Shown: in pieces, positions 18,277 to 27,400 of the stretch
Layout of the letters: each line of letters opens with the position of its first letter
Position numbering within the stretch: the first letter of the stretch is position 1
Source of the DNA: an uncultured virus (IMG/VR IMGVR_UViG_3300037487_002113)
Taxonomy: Duplodnaviria; Heunggongvirae; Uroviricota; Caudoviricetes
DNA length: 64,000 nt
IMG/VR virus record: IMGVR_UViG_3300037487_002113
Reading direction: 5' to 3' (one strand)
Notes under the pieces: model-generated
What the model saw: only the letters and a program-made list of their open reading frames with translations
Database searches by the model: none
What the model was told of the DNA's origin: nothing
Translations under genes and position numbers: made by a program

Positions 18277-19082
18277 ACGACTACCCGATCGAACGCATCG
18301 TGCTCGCGTGCTCCAAAGACCCGACGCACGCTCGCTTCGGAGCGCAGGCGACCGTGGTCGAAAACTGGATCGTCGACCCGGAAGGCGACTACGTGGAGTC
18401 GACTGGGACCGGAGACGTCGTGGACGGCCCAGACCTCAACGAATACAGCGTCTGCAACGAGTGCGGAGCCGACGCGCTCGTCGGCGACGACGCGCGCGAG
18501 TTCTTGCGCAAACACCAACAGAAGGAAGCGACCGTGACCACGACCACCGACGAAAAGAGCGGCCCGCAGCAGGTCCGGCCGACCCCGCTGGCCGACGATG
18601 AAGATCTGGAAAGCATCTCCGACGCCTACATCAGAGCGTTCGGCTGGGACCTCGTGCGCGCCAGACGCAGCTTTCACCAGAGCACGGCCCTGGTGATCGC
18701 CGTGCATGGTGAGGATATGACTGTTCGCGAGTTTTCCGACGTGAGCAAAGCGTTCATGTCTAACGCGCCGCTGTTCGACCCGCGCATCACGCTCGACGTC
18801 GACGCGCCCGAGCTGGAACTGCACATCAGCTGGCTGGCGCGTCAGATCAACGTGTTGCCGCGTGAAATCGCGCTGGAGATGTACAACGAGAAGATCTGCG
18901 ACGTGCGCAAGCGCCACGGGCTGCTCGGGTGCGATGGCAGCCACGACCCCGACTGGTCCAAGGCTGAGTTCGCGGACGGCTTCAGCGCGCACGGGGTGCT
19001 CGTGTCCGTTCCGTGCAAGAAGTGCGAAACCGAATCGGCCGTGACCGTCCACGCCGATATGCTTGTCTGGGAGGACGCATGA
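18273..19082 (+). CDS. Fusion of family C copy 2 with a C..H..CxxC..W module protein (internal GTG 18534)
   Basis: N-terminus resembles 18007; C-terminus resembles 16504. Confidence 0.7.
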   Translation: MNDYPIERIVLACSKDPTHARFGAQATVVENWIVDPEGDYVESTGTGDVVDGPDLNEYSVCNECGADALVGDDAREFLRKHQQKEATVTTTTDEKSGPQQVRPTPLADDEDLESISDAYIRAFGWDLVRARRSFHQSTALVIAVHGEDMTVREFSDVSKAFMSNAPLFDPRITLDVDAPELELHISWLARQINVLPREIALEMYNEKICDVRKRHGLLGCDGSHDPDWSKAEFADGFSAHGVLVSVPCKKCETESAVTVHADMLVWEDA

Positions 19083-19435
19083 CTGACGAAATCGAGATCG
19101 GCCGCATGGTCACCGTCTCGGACGGCGACGTCACGGTTGAGCTGGAGTGGCTCGGCGAGGGAACCGAAGGCGACTTCGACCCAACCTGGCCAGAAGACGA
19201 GCCGCTCATGCGCTTCACCGTGCTCCGGCGCGTCGACGGCGTGAATGAGCAGATCGACGACGCCAGCTACTGCACGACCATTCGCGCAGACGCGCCGCAA
19301 GACGTGCTTCTCGCGTACGCGAATGAGATCTTGCAGGAGGTCGCCGGTCCCGTGCGCGACGGATGGCCCATCAAGAAGCTCTGCGCGAAGCTCTCGTGGA
19401 TCGGCACCGACCGAATCGGCCAGTCCACTGTCTGA
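19079..19435 (+). CDS. Hypothetical protein, family B copy 2
   Basis: VELEW.GEG..GDFDP.WPEDEPLMRF shared with 17180. Confidence 0.8.
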   Translation: MTDEIEIGRMVTVSDGDVTVELEWLGEGTEGDFDPTWPEDEPLMRFTVLRRVDGVNEQIDDASYCTTIRADAPQDVLLAYANEILQEVAGPVRDGWPIKKLCAKLSWIGTDRIGQSTV

Positions 19436-19463
19436 TCACCAACGAACGAAGGAACCAACGACC

Positions 19464-20084
19464 ATGACCATCAAGTACAAGTGGGAACCCGGAATCCGCC
19501 TCGAAAAGGGCGGCCATCGCATCTTTCACGAAATCCGCCACGCGTTCGCGGCGCCCGAGACGTGCCGCTGGGCGATCGCCGACAACAGCGGGACGACGCC
19601 CGACCGCACGGAGGACGGCGTCCTCTGGCTCGACTTTAGCCGACCGCTGCGCGTCAATCTCGGCGGCGGCTGCATCCCGGTGCTCGCCGAGCTTGACGGC
19701 GAGCGCGAGTCGCATTGCCCGTGCGGAATCGACGCCGTCGCAGCGCTGCACGAGAAGTTCCCGAAGTGGAAGGTGCTTCCGGATGGGATCACGATGAAGC
19801 TGCTCAGCGTCTTCGGGCTCCCTCCCGCGCCCGAGCCGTTCGTCGGGTCGCGCACGGTCTACGTCGTAAGCGCCATGCAAGAGGGAGAGGACGGCGACCA
19901 GGAGCCGACCATGACGTTCACCGAAGACGAGGACGTGGCGCGCGCCCACTTGCACGAGGCGATCGATGGGCACCACGACATCCCGCAGTTCAAGGCTCGC
20001 GTGACGCTCGTCACCATTCCGGCAGGCGTCACCGAAGCAGACAAATGGCTGTGGTCGCACAGTGAGCTGTGGACCGCAGGCTGA
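19464..20084 (+). CDS. Hypothetical protein
   Basis: AAGGA RBS, CA-rich leader. Confidence 0.7.
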   Translation: MTIKYKWEPGIRLEKGGHRIFHEIRHAFAAPETCRWAIADNSGTTPDRTEDGVLWLDFSRPLRVNLGGGCIPVLAELDGERESHCPCGIDAVAALHEKFPKWKVLPDGITMKLLSVFGLPPAPEPFVGSRTVYVVSAMQEGEDGDQEPTMTFTEDEDVARAHLHEAIDGHHDIPQFKARVTLVTIPAGVTEADKWLWSHSELWTAG

Positions 20085-20120
20085 CGAGAAGGCTGGCCTC
20101 TACGAGAAGAAGGTGACGTC

Positions 20121-20324
20121 ATGACCACCAAGAAGAAGAAGCCGAAGCTCGCCGTTCCGTACAACGAAAACACACCGGATGTCTGCACCGACGGCGACGA
20201 GCACACGGCAGATCCGCACGGCTTCACGCAGGCCGACGGCGCGGCGTGGATCGTCGACGTCAAGTGTCAGAAATGCGGGCGCATCGGGTCTGCGCCCGTA
20301 AGCCCGAGCGACATCCAGTGGTAG
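20121..20324 (+). CDS. Stand-alone C..H..CxxC..W zinc-like module protein
   Basis: CTDGDEHTAD...VKCQKC...IQW. Confidence 0.7.
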   Translation: MTTKKKKPKLAVPYNENTPDVCTDGDEHTADPHGFTQADGAAWIVDVKCQKCGRIGSAPVSPSDIQW

Positions 20325-20344
20325 CCAACAGAAAGAACACGAAC

Positions 20345-21355
20345 ATGAAGACCACGACCACCGAGAAGAAGAAGATGACCGCGGCCGAAAAGACCGACGC
20401 CGCGAAGCCGTACGAGGATGCGCTGGAGCGAAAGCTCAACTCGCTCGCGGAGTCCATGCTGCTCCAAGCGGCAATCGGGCAGGAGTACCGGTTCGGCGCA
20501 GCGAGCGTCGACGATGACAAGCGGAGCGCGCCCAAGAAGATCCGCGACCTCATCGCGCGCGGGCTCATCGAGGAGCTGCCGAAGACGCAGTGGGGAGACG
20601 TGCCCTACCGCGTCACGGAGAAGGCGATCGCCATCTCGGCGCCTCCGCTCACCGACGCCGAGCTGGAGTCGGAGCTGCTCCGCCAGTACGAGAGGCAGGT
20701 CGCGGACATGCGCCGCACCAACCGGTCGTACCACGACTTCTGGAAGAGCGCGCCAGCCGTCCAGCTCACGGAGCTTCCGCGCCAGGCCCTGCGCACCATC
20801 GTCCTGCGCCCGCGCACGGTCATCGCCGCGCGCTGCTGCTTCGAGGAGTACAGGCCGCCCGTCTTCGTCCCGTACGAGATCGGGGCTGAGTTCGCGGACG
20901 CGGCGCAAAAGGGCGCCTACCAGCGCAGCAACTGGCTCGACATGATGGACTCGGTCCTCGTGTCGTGCCCCGCCGTCTGCGAGCGCTGGCGCGTGGTGCT
21001 GGCGGAGGCCACCCGCAAGCACTGCGAGACCTCGCCGGAGGCCATCCCAGTCCTCCTCGGCGTGATGATCGGCGAGTCGACCGAGCGCGCCGAGAAGATG
21101 ATCGGAGCGGCGAACTGCTACTCCGGCTTCGGACACGGCGACAGCAAGCCGTTCGACAAGAAGCTGCCCGGCGAGTGGGAAGACGTGATGCGCGAGCACA
21201 TCGCGCACGCCGAGAAGAAGATCGCGTCGTACCAGAAGTCCATGAACGCCGCGGCGACCCTTCTGGATCGGCTCGAAAGCATCGACGAAATCGACAAAGC
21301 CTTCGCCGACGCCGTCGACTATGTAGTCGCGGAAAACGTCGACTCCATCCCGTAG
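20345..21355 (+). CDS. Hypothetical protein (possible N-terminal winged helix)
   Basis: IRDLIARGLIEE...YRVTEKA wHTH-like tail. Confidence 0.75.
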   Translation: MKTTTTEKKKMTAAEKTDAAKPYEDALERKLNSLAESMLLQAAIGQEYRFGAASVDDDKRSAPKKIRDLIARGLIEELPKTQWGDVPYRVTEKAIAISAPPLTDAELESELLRQYERQVADMRRTNRSYHDFWKSAPAVQLTELPRQALRTIVLRPRTVIAARCCFEEYRPPVFVPYEIGAEFADAAQKGAYQRSNWLDMMDSVLVSCPAVCERWRVVLAEATRKHCETSPEAIPVLLGVMIGESTERAEKMIGAANCYSGFGHGDSKPFDKKLPGEWEDVMREHIAHAEKKIASYQKSMNAAATLLDRLESIDEIDKAFADAVDYVVAENVDSIP

Positions 21356-21406
21356 GCCCGCGCTGGGTCCGGCTCCGTCAACCATCATCAGCAAAGAGAA
21401 ACGACC

Positions 21407-21772
21407 ATGAATACGACCACGAACGACGACGCGAACGAGAAGATCATCATCACCTTGAGCGAGCGCGCGCCCGTCAAGATCAGCATCAAGGACTGGCCGA
21501 TCGTCGCCAGGTCCGACTGGCACGACGGCAAGGAGTTCGAGAGCCAGGCGTTCCGCCGCGCAGAGATTCGCGTCCGCGAACACCGCGACGGCCGCCGCAT
21601 CGCCTACGGATGGGCGACGTCGCAATGGCAGGGCGAGCGTGACCAGTACGCTGGATTCCTGCTCGACAAGGGCGACGACGCCGTGCGCGCCATCCGGCGC
21701 GTCGCGGGAGCCATCGGACACCACGAGATCGCCGACGAGTGCATCGGCGACCTTCCGGCAGAAGCCATCTGA
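21407..21772 (+). CDS. Conserved hypothetical protein
   Basis: ITL..RAPVKI...WP...IRVR.H.DGR.I.YG pattern. Confidence 0.75.
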   Translation: MNTTTNDDANEKIIITLSERAPVKISIKDWPIVARSDWHDGKEFESQAFRRAEIRVREHRDGRRIAYGWATSQWQGERDQYAGFLLDKGDDAVRAIRRVAGAIGHHEIADECIGDLPAEAI

Positions 21773-21784
21773 GGAGAGCTGATC

Positions 21785-22225
21785 ATGGCCAACAACTACC
21801 AGCAATCGTCGTTCGCATTCAACATCAAGTCTCCAGAGGAGCGTGCCTTCCTCGTCGCGCTCGCGGAGCGTGCCGAGGCAGCCGAGGAGCGCGACGAGGA
21901 GGCCGACGGCGACGTGCCTGCGTTTGAGATCGCAGTCATCGAGTTCGGATGGGGATGGACTGCCGCCCATGATGCCGAGTGTGGCTGCTTCTACGCCGAG
22001 GAAGGCGGCAACGTCGACGCCATGGTGCGCGGACTACAAGAGTTCCTTGCCAAGTTCCGCGGCCCAACGGAGACGATCGCCTTCACGTGGGCGAACACGT
22101 GCAGTGCCATGCGCCCAGACAACTTCGGCGGCGGCGGCGTCGCGTTCACGGCGACGCAGATGAGATGGGTAGATGTGGACGCCGAAGTGAGCAGACTCGA
22201 AACAGAACTCAAGATGGGACGCTGA
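21785..22225 (+). CDS. Conserved hypothetical protein (WA.TCS..R.D.FGGG family)
   Basis: MANNYQQ start and C-terminal motif; GAGGAG RBS. Confidence 0.75.
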   Translation: MANNYQQSSFAFNIKSPEERAFLVALAERAEAAEERDEEADGDVPAFEIAVIEFGWGWTAAHDAECGCFYAEEGGNVDAMVRGLQEFLAKFRGPTETIAFTWANTCSAMRPDNFGGGGVAFTATQMRWVDVDAEVSRLETELKMGR

Positions 22226-22227
22226 CC

Positions 22228-22848
22228 ATGACCACCACCGACGACGGCAAGCTCCTCGCAGATGCCGAGGCGCTCAACAAGCAGTACATGGAGGCCGATG
22301 CGTTCGAGCGAAAGCAGCACGAGCAACGCATCGACCTCAAGTGGTCGCTGTGGAGCGAGGGCATGGAGTATTGGGAGGAGTACGCGCCCAAGACGCTCGC
22401 CGCGCTGAAGGCCGGCATCGACGACGGCGACTTGCTGGAGCACGGCGGCTACATCCGCATCCTGACCGCGCCGCGCAAAGAGATCCGCTCCGGCGAGGTC
22501 TGCATCTTCGCCCACGAGGGACACATCAAGGCCACCGTCGAGTTCCGCGAGGAGTGGGACGAGCCGTACGACCTCGCGGGCACGCTCCTCCACGAGGCAG
22601 GCATCACCGACCCGCCCGACGAGCAGCACGAGAAAATGGTCGAGCGACTTCGTGACCCCTGGACCGAACTCGGCACCATCGAGGAGGAGCACATCGACTT
22701 CGGCGAGTCGCCGACGCTCGCCGAAGTGCTCGCGGGCATCGACGCCGTCGAGGAGCGACTGATCGTCAACGACAAGCTCGCCTGGGAGTCGCTCGTCGAG
22801 TGGGCGAAGGACGAGTTCGGATCGCAGACCACCACCAAGGAGAACTGA
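22228..22848 (+). CDS. Hypothetical acidic protein
   Basis: Coupled ORF. Confidence 0.7.
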   Translation: MTTTDDGKLLADAEALNKQYMEADAFERKQHEQRIDLKWSLWSEGMEYWEEYAPKTLAALKAGIDDGDLLEHGGYIRILTAPRKEIRSGEVCIFAHEGHIKATVEFREEWDEPYDLAGTLLHEAGITDPPDEQHEKMVERLRDPWTELGTIEEEHIDFGESPTLAEVLAGIDAVEERLIVNDKLAWESLVEWAKDEFGSQTTTKEN

Positions 22849-22849
22849 C

Positions 22850-23071
22850 ATGGCTCTTTCACTCAACGAGGCGTGCGACATGATCTCTGTCTTCGACCCC
22901 GAGGCACTTGCTGTCGGATACGAAGACGGAGGAAGCCCCCATCCCAAGGGGTACTGGGGTGTGCAAGGGGATGGCCTGCCGGACGACGCAGACGCCATGT
23001 CCTACTTCCCCACGGAGCGGCTCGCTTTCCGCTACCGCCTGAGCCTCATCAACCGTCTGCTCAACGGCTGA
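22850..23071 (+). CDS. Hypothetical protein
   Basis: AAGGAG RBS. Confidence 0.65.
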   Translation: MALSLNEACDMISVFDPEALAVGYEDGGSPHPKGYWGVQGDGLPDDADAMSYFPTERLAFRYRLSLINRLLNG

Positions 23072-23093
23072 CCACCACCAAGGAACGACCACC

Positions 23094-23261
23094 ATGCAAG
23101 AAGTCACGCTCGAATATCTCGAATCGCTCGACGAAGAAGACCTCGACGAACTGGTCGCTGAGATCAAGTCGGAGGAGGCTGCCGAGATCAACAACGGCGG
23201 CAAGGACGCGCAGGTGCGCTTCATCGCGAGTGCCTACGGGCTCATCGCCACGGCGGACTGA
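23094..23261 (+). CDS. Small acidic protein (55 aa, not in ORF track)
   Basis: AAGGA RBS; MQEVTLEYLESLDEEDLDELV...INNGG..AQVRFI. Confidence 0.65.
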   Translation: MQEVTLEYLESLDEEDLDELVAEIKSEEAAEINNGGKDAQVRFIASAYGLIATAD

Positions 23262-23264
23262 GCC

Positions 23265-23426
23265 ATGAACCTCGCCGAACTGATCGCTCAGTACCGTCGC
23301 ATCATCGGATGGGACGGACTCGCCGCGGCCGAACGCTGGCTTCGCTCATGCGGAGTCAGCGTCGCCATGCGCAAGTACATCAAGGACCGCGCCACCAACA
23401 ACTTCACACCAACCAGCAGGAACTGA
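23265..23426 (+). CDS. Small hypothetical protein (53 aa)
   Basis: Fills the gap between coupled genes. Confidence 0.5.
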   Translation: MNLAELIAQYRRIIGWDGLAAAERWLRSCGVSVAMRKYIKDRATNNFTPTSRN

Positions 23427-23428
23427 CC

Positions 23429-24160
23429 ATGTCCACCAACCGCCTCACCATCACGACGGACGACGAAGTAAACGCCGTCATCACCTCCAACGACGACAAA
23501 ATCAAGCAGGTCTTCTTCGGCTGGGCCGATGACGGGAAGAACGCGCCGTTCTACGGCCAGAGCATCGCAAAGGTGCGCTCGATGTCCGGCGGTCACGACA
23601 TGTGGCGATGGACGCTCAGTGCTGAGATGGTCGAGACCATGCTCCGCAACCTCACGACCGGCATCGGCATCAGCGCATGGAGTCGCGCGGCGTCTCCCGA
23701 GGAGAAGAAGGCCAACACCACGGTGCTGCGCGAACTGAAGAAGTGGTTCAGTAACGACACGCAGTTCGAGCCCGACGAGTTCACGGCCGCGTACCTCGTG
23801 GCCGCGCTCTGGTCGACCAACGACAACGGCGACGAGAGCGGTGGACAACCGCTCGACGCGAACTACGGCATCGGGGACATCGCAGACGAGGCGATGAGGT
23901 CTGCCATGGAGTCGTGCGCGGAGTTCCAGGAGGAGCACGAGGAGCTGCTTGCGAAGGCGTACGAGCTGTACACGCCGCGCGATGGCTCCGACGGGCCGGC
24001 GCTCGCTGGGCACGACCTGTGGCTCAACTCCAATGGGCATGGCGTCGGGTTCTCTGACCGCGGTCTTGGAGAGATCGGCGAGGCGCTCTCGAAGGCGGCG
24101 GTCGCCTTCGGCGATCGCGACATCTACGTTGGCGATGACGGATTGATCCACGGATTCTGA
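23429..24160 (+). CDS. Two-domain protein; C-terminal conserved phage domain (F..AY..AALWS...GHD.WL..NGHG.GF.DR...GDDG)
   Basis: Recalled phage hypothetical motif. Confidence 0.75.
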   Translation: MSTNRLTITTDDEVNAVITSNDDKIKQVFFGWADDGKNAPFYGQSIAKVRSMSGGHDMWRWTLSAEMVETMLRNLTTGIGISAWSRAASPEEKKANTTVLRELKKWFSNDTQFEPDEFTAAYLVAALWSTNDNGDESGGQPLDANYGIGDIADEAMRSAMESCAEFQEEHEELLAKAYELYTPRDGSDGPALAGHDLWLNSNGHGVGFSDRGLGEIGEALSKAAVAFGDRDIYVGDDGLIHGF

Positions 24161-24174
24161 GAAGGAGAACGACC

Positions 24175-24501
24175 ATGAACACGACCACGACCAAGAAGAA
24201 GACTGCAGCGAAGGCCAAGAAGATTCACGTAATCGTCGCGTGGATCAACGACTGGAGCGCCGCCGACACCGTGAACACTCTCGGCTACGACGGCGGGCGC
24301 GGGCCCGTCCGCGTGTACGAGAAGGACAACTACGACAGCCGCATGGACCTCGGCAACGCGCCAGGTTCCAAGCTGCCGTACTTCGAGCACGCGCCCGAGG
24401 CGCTCCTCTGGATGGCCGCGCACCGCGACCAGCACATCCAGCTCGACACGAACGCCGCGCTGTCCCTCGGCTTCTCGAAGAAAGAACTGGCGGCGTACTA
24501 G
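24175..24501 (+). CDS. Hypothetical protein
   Basis: AAGGAG RBS. Confidence 0.7.
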   Translation: MNTTTTKKKTAAKAKKIHVIVAWINDWSAADTVNTLGYDGGRGPVRVYEKDNYDSRMDLGNAPGSKLPYFEHAPEALLWMAAHRDQHIQLDTNAALSLGFSKKELAAY

Positions 24502-24525
24502 CTGCCAGCGAAAGGGACCACGACC

Positions 24526-24717
24526 ATGCACCACCTACGCGAAGACATCCAAGAGCTGATCAACAAGCAGGGCTGGGACGAGCAGAGCCTCATCCTGCTC
24601 ATGTCCAACTTCATCAACGACAACGAGCTGACCGACAAACTCGCGGAGTTTCTCGAAGACGCAGCCGACGAGGAGAACGCCGGCTTCCCTGACGACGAGG
24701 GCGACGACGGGGAGTAG
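24526..24717 (+). CDS. Small acidic protein
   Basis: AAGGGA RBS. Confidence 0.65.
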   Translation: MHHLREDIQELINKQGWDEQSLILLMSNFINDNELTDKLAEFLEDAADEENAGFPDDEGDDGE

Positions 24718-24780
24718 CCCGCGCCTGGCCCGGCGGCGCAAATCAGTGCCGCCGGGCTCCCGGAAAGAGTTGAAAGACGC

Positions 24781-24809
24781 TTGCGTCTTCGCTGGATAGT
24801 GAGTATAGA
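24781..24809 (+). promoter_or_regulatory. Sigma-70-like promoter with overlapping palindrome
   Basis: TTGCGT-17-TATAGA. AAGACGC-TT-GCGTCTT at 24774-24789. Upstream hairpin 24728-24757. Confidence 0.6.
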
Positions 24810-24852
24810 GAGTCCACCAACCACCCGAGCGCACTAAGCGCCAGGAGTGACC

Positions 24853-26076
24853 ATGACCGCTGTTACCGTCGAAAAGTCGAATGATCTGACTGTTGCCGTA
24901 CTGCCCAGCCGAACCCGGATTGCGCTCGCAAAGATGCATATGCCGTTCGATGCGGCTGCCATCGCGATGCAGGCTGGCTGGACGCCGCTGATGCGCGCGT
25001 ACTTCGGACGAGCGAAGACCGCGCTCATCAACGACATCGCCCGAGCGATCGACAGGGAGCTGTTCTGTCTCGTCGGCTCGATGACCGACCCGCTGGATCT
25101 CAAGGGCTTGCCGTTCATCGAGTACGGCGAGGTTCACTACGCGCCGGAGGCGATGATCAAGGCGGCGCAGGAGCGCAAGATTGTCATCTTCCTTGATGAG
25201 ATGACGACGTTCCCGTCTGCTGTCAGGGCTGTCGCGCTCAAGATGATTCACGAGAAGATCTGCGGCCCGCACACTCTGGCGAGCAGCACGATGTTCGTGG
25301 CTGCGTGCAACGCGGCGATCGATGCGCCGAACGGTCGCCCGCTCGATGCGGGCAACATCAACCGCATGGTCGTGCTCGATATGCCGCCGCTCTCGCGCGA
25401 CGACGTGTCTCGCTGGAGCACGCTGAACGTGTCGGGGTTCGAGAGCGCGCCGATGCCGACCTGGACCATCGTGCCGCCCACGTGGCGCGACACGCACCGG
25501 CCCGCCGTCGCCAAGCTGATCGAGGCATGGGCTGACATCGGCACCAACTGGAAGGCGTGGGACGAGCGCGCGCAGAACAACGAGAAGGGCGACTTCATGC
25601 CCTACGGGTCGCTCAGGTCGTGGGAGATGGCGACTGACGTGATCGCCGCCGCTCGCGCCTCCGGCGTCCACTACGAAGACGAGCGCATGGCGCTGCTCGT
25701 CAAGGGCTGCGTGGGCTCCGTGAACGGCGCGGCGCTGCTCACGGAGATGAAGGTCTTGTTCGTCGTGCCCACGGCGGCCGAGATGCTCAACGGCGAGAAG
25801 GAACTGCCGAGCGGTATGTTCGAGACGCGCCTCGCAGCGACGCGCCTTTACGACTACGCCGTCAAGCACACTGACGAGAGCACGGCTCGTCGCGTCACGC
25901 AGATGGTGCTCATGGCCGCCGAGCGACACGGTGCGAGCGTCTGCGCCAAGCCGCTGGGCAGCCTCTTTGGCCTGCTCATCGAGCGCCGCCTCAACAAGAA
26001 GGACTACGCCGAAGAGTTGGCGTCGGTCATCTCCAGCAACCGCATCCGAGTCGGCGATCCGATCGGCAACGCGTAG
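24853..26076 (+). CDS. MoxR-like AAA+ ATPase (AAA_5 type)
   Basis: Walker A variant YFGRAKT, Walker B IFLDE, sensor AACN, NR arginine finger, RSW motif. Confidence 0.8.
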   Translation: MTAVTVEKSNDLTVAVLPSRTRIALAKMHMPFDAAAIAMQAGWTPLMRAYFGRAKTALINDIARAIDRELFCLVGSMTDPLDLKGLPFIEYGEVHYAPEAMIKAAQERKIVIFLDEMTTFPSAVRAVALKMIHEKICGPHTLASSTMFVAACNAAIDAPNGRPLDAGNINRMVVLDMPPLSRDDVSRWSTLNVSGFESAPMPTWTIVPPTWRDTHRPAVAKLIEAWADIGTNWKAWDERAQNNEKGDFMPYGSLRSWEMATDVIAAARASGVHYEDERMALLVKGCVGSVNGAALLTEMKVLFVVPTAAEMLNGEKELPSGMFETRLAATRLYDYAVKHTDESTARRVTQMVLMAAERHGASVCAKPLGSLFGLLIERRLNKKDYAEELASVISSNRIRVGDPIGNA

Positions 26077-26150
26077 TCGTCGTGAGACCCCAAGGCATCC
26101 CCGTTCCACTCCGCTTCATTTCACCGAATCAGTCACAGAAAGAGACCTCC

Positions 26151-27227
26151 ATGACCACTAACGACAGCCTCGACAGCACCAGCACCGACTACACGAACGC
26201 CAGCATCAGCACCGCTCCCGCCGCGAGCAGCGACGGCACTGACGGGCACAGCAGCAAGCGCAGCAAGTTCGTTGCCGTCGGCAACGAGAATCTCCCCGAC
26301 GGCTTCGTCGGACGAGGCGTCTTCTGGACGCCCAACGGTGCCGTGCCGTACCAGCAGGTCGCGGACGCGCTGGAGGCCGCTGGCTTCGGCGACGACGAGA
26401 TGGCTCTGCTGCCCAGCCGCCCGAGCCCCATGGTCGCGCTTCGGCGCGCGATGGACAGCGTCTCCCACACGCACACCGCGAACGGCGAGCTGGGGTACTA
26501 CGTCAGCCCGCTCAGCGTGGGCGGCAAGGGGAAGCAGAACAAGGCTGGCTGGCTCATCGCGCAGCGCAAGAGCGACGGCGAGGCCACGGCCGGAGCGAGC
26601 GCGGCGACGGTTGACTTGGTGTGTCACACCGAGTTCGTCGACGAGGAGGGCGTGAAGCAGATGCGCTTCACGTTCGACCCGGAGGATCACCCGTACCGTG
26701 ACGAGATCGAGGCGAAGTACGCCTACTACCTCAGCCACCTGGTGGGAGACGACATCAGCTACTTCCTCACGCAGAGCGTGGCGAGGTCGAAGCTCTTCGG
26801 CCTGGTCCCGTTCCGGCCGAGCGGAGGCTTCTACTACGTCGCCCCGGCGGTCGTGCCTGTCTGGCAGCTGTTCACGGAGACGTTCACGCCCGTCTCCGGC
26901 GTGAGCTTCTATCACGTCGACATGATCAACACGGCGGCGAGCTTCATCGAGGCAGCGCTCGCTGGGATCGGAGCCGAACTCGGCAAGCGCATCGACCAGC
27001 TCTCGGTGGAGCTGGAGAAGGGGCCTGGGATGCGCAAGCTCAACAACGCGACCAAGGAGATCGCCGAGATGCTCAGCGTCGCCGCGGGCCACGAGGCCGT
27101 GCTCGGTGGCGTGCTCAGCGATATGCGAGAGAAGGCCGACCGCCTCGGCTCGGCGCTCCGGCAGATGATCGCCGCGCAGGAAGCGGCGCGCATCGCGGCA
27201 AGCGACGCAGCGGAAGACGCGCAATGA
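26151..27227 (+). CDS. DUF6744/DUF3150-like protein
   Basis: G..FW...L..AGF...LP.RP...ALRRA and RPSGGFYYV motifs; coiled C-terminus; lies next to AAA and vWA genes. Confidence 0.6.
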   Translation: MTTNDSLDSTSTDYTNASISTAPAASSDGTDGHSSKRSKFVAVGNENLPDGFVGRGVFWTPNGAVPYQQVADALEAAGFGDDEMALLPSRPSPMVALRRAMDSVSHTHTANGELGYYVSPLSVGGKGKQNKAGWLIAQRKSDGEATAGASAATVDLVCHTEFVDEEGVKQMRFTFDPEDHPYRDEIEAKYAYYLSHLVGDDISYFLTQSVARSKLFGLVPFRPSGGFYYVAPAVVPVWQLFTETFTPVSGVSFYHVDMINTAASFIEAALAGIGAELGKRIDQLSVELEKGPGMRKLNNATKEIAEMLSVAAGHEAVLGGVLSDMREKADRLGSALRQMIAAQEAARIAASDAAEDAQ

Positions 27228-27400
27228 ATCGATACACGGCAACGATCACGCTGGAGATGACGGCCTACGGCGTCGAGGATCTGAACGCGCAGATCGCCAC
27301 GATGCTCGAATGCATGGACCCGGAGGAGACCCTGTGCGCGCTGGAGTGCGTCGAGAAGTACAGCATCGACAGCGTGACGTGCCTGGAGGATGAGCCATGA
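27224..27400 (+). CDS. Small acidic protein (58 aa, not in ORF track)
   Basis: ATGA overlaps at both ends. Confidence 0.55.
   Translation: MNRYTATITLEMTAYGVEDLNAQIATMLECMDPEETLCALECVEKYSIDSVTCLEDEP

Noticed and set aside
16028..19435. Diversity-generating retroelement template/variable repeat pair
   Set aside because: Differences between paralogs are not adenine-specific, and no reverse transcriptase is present.
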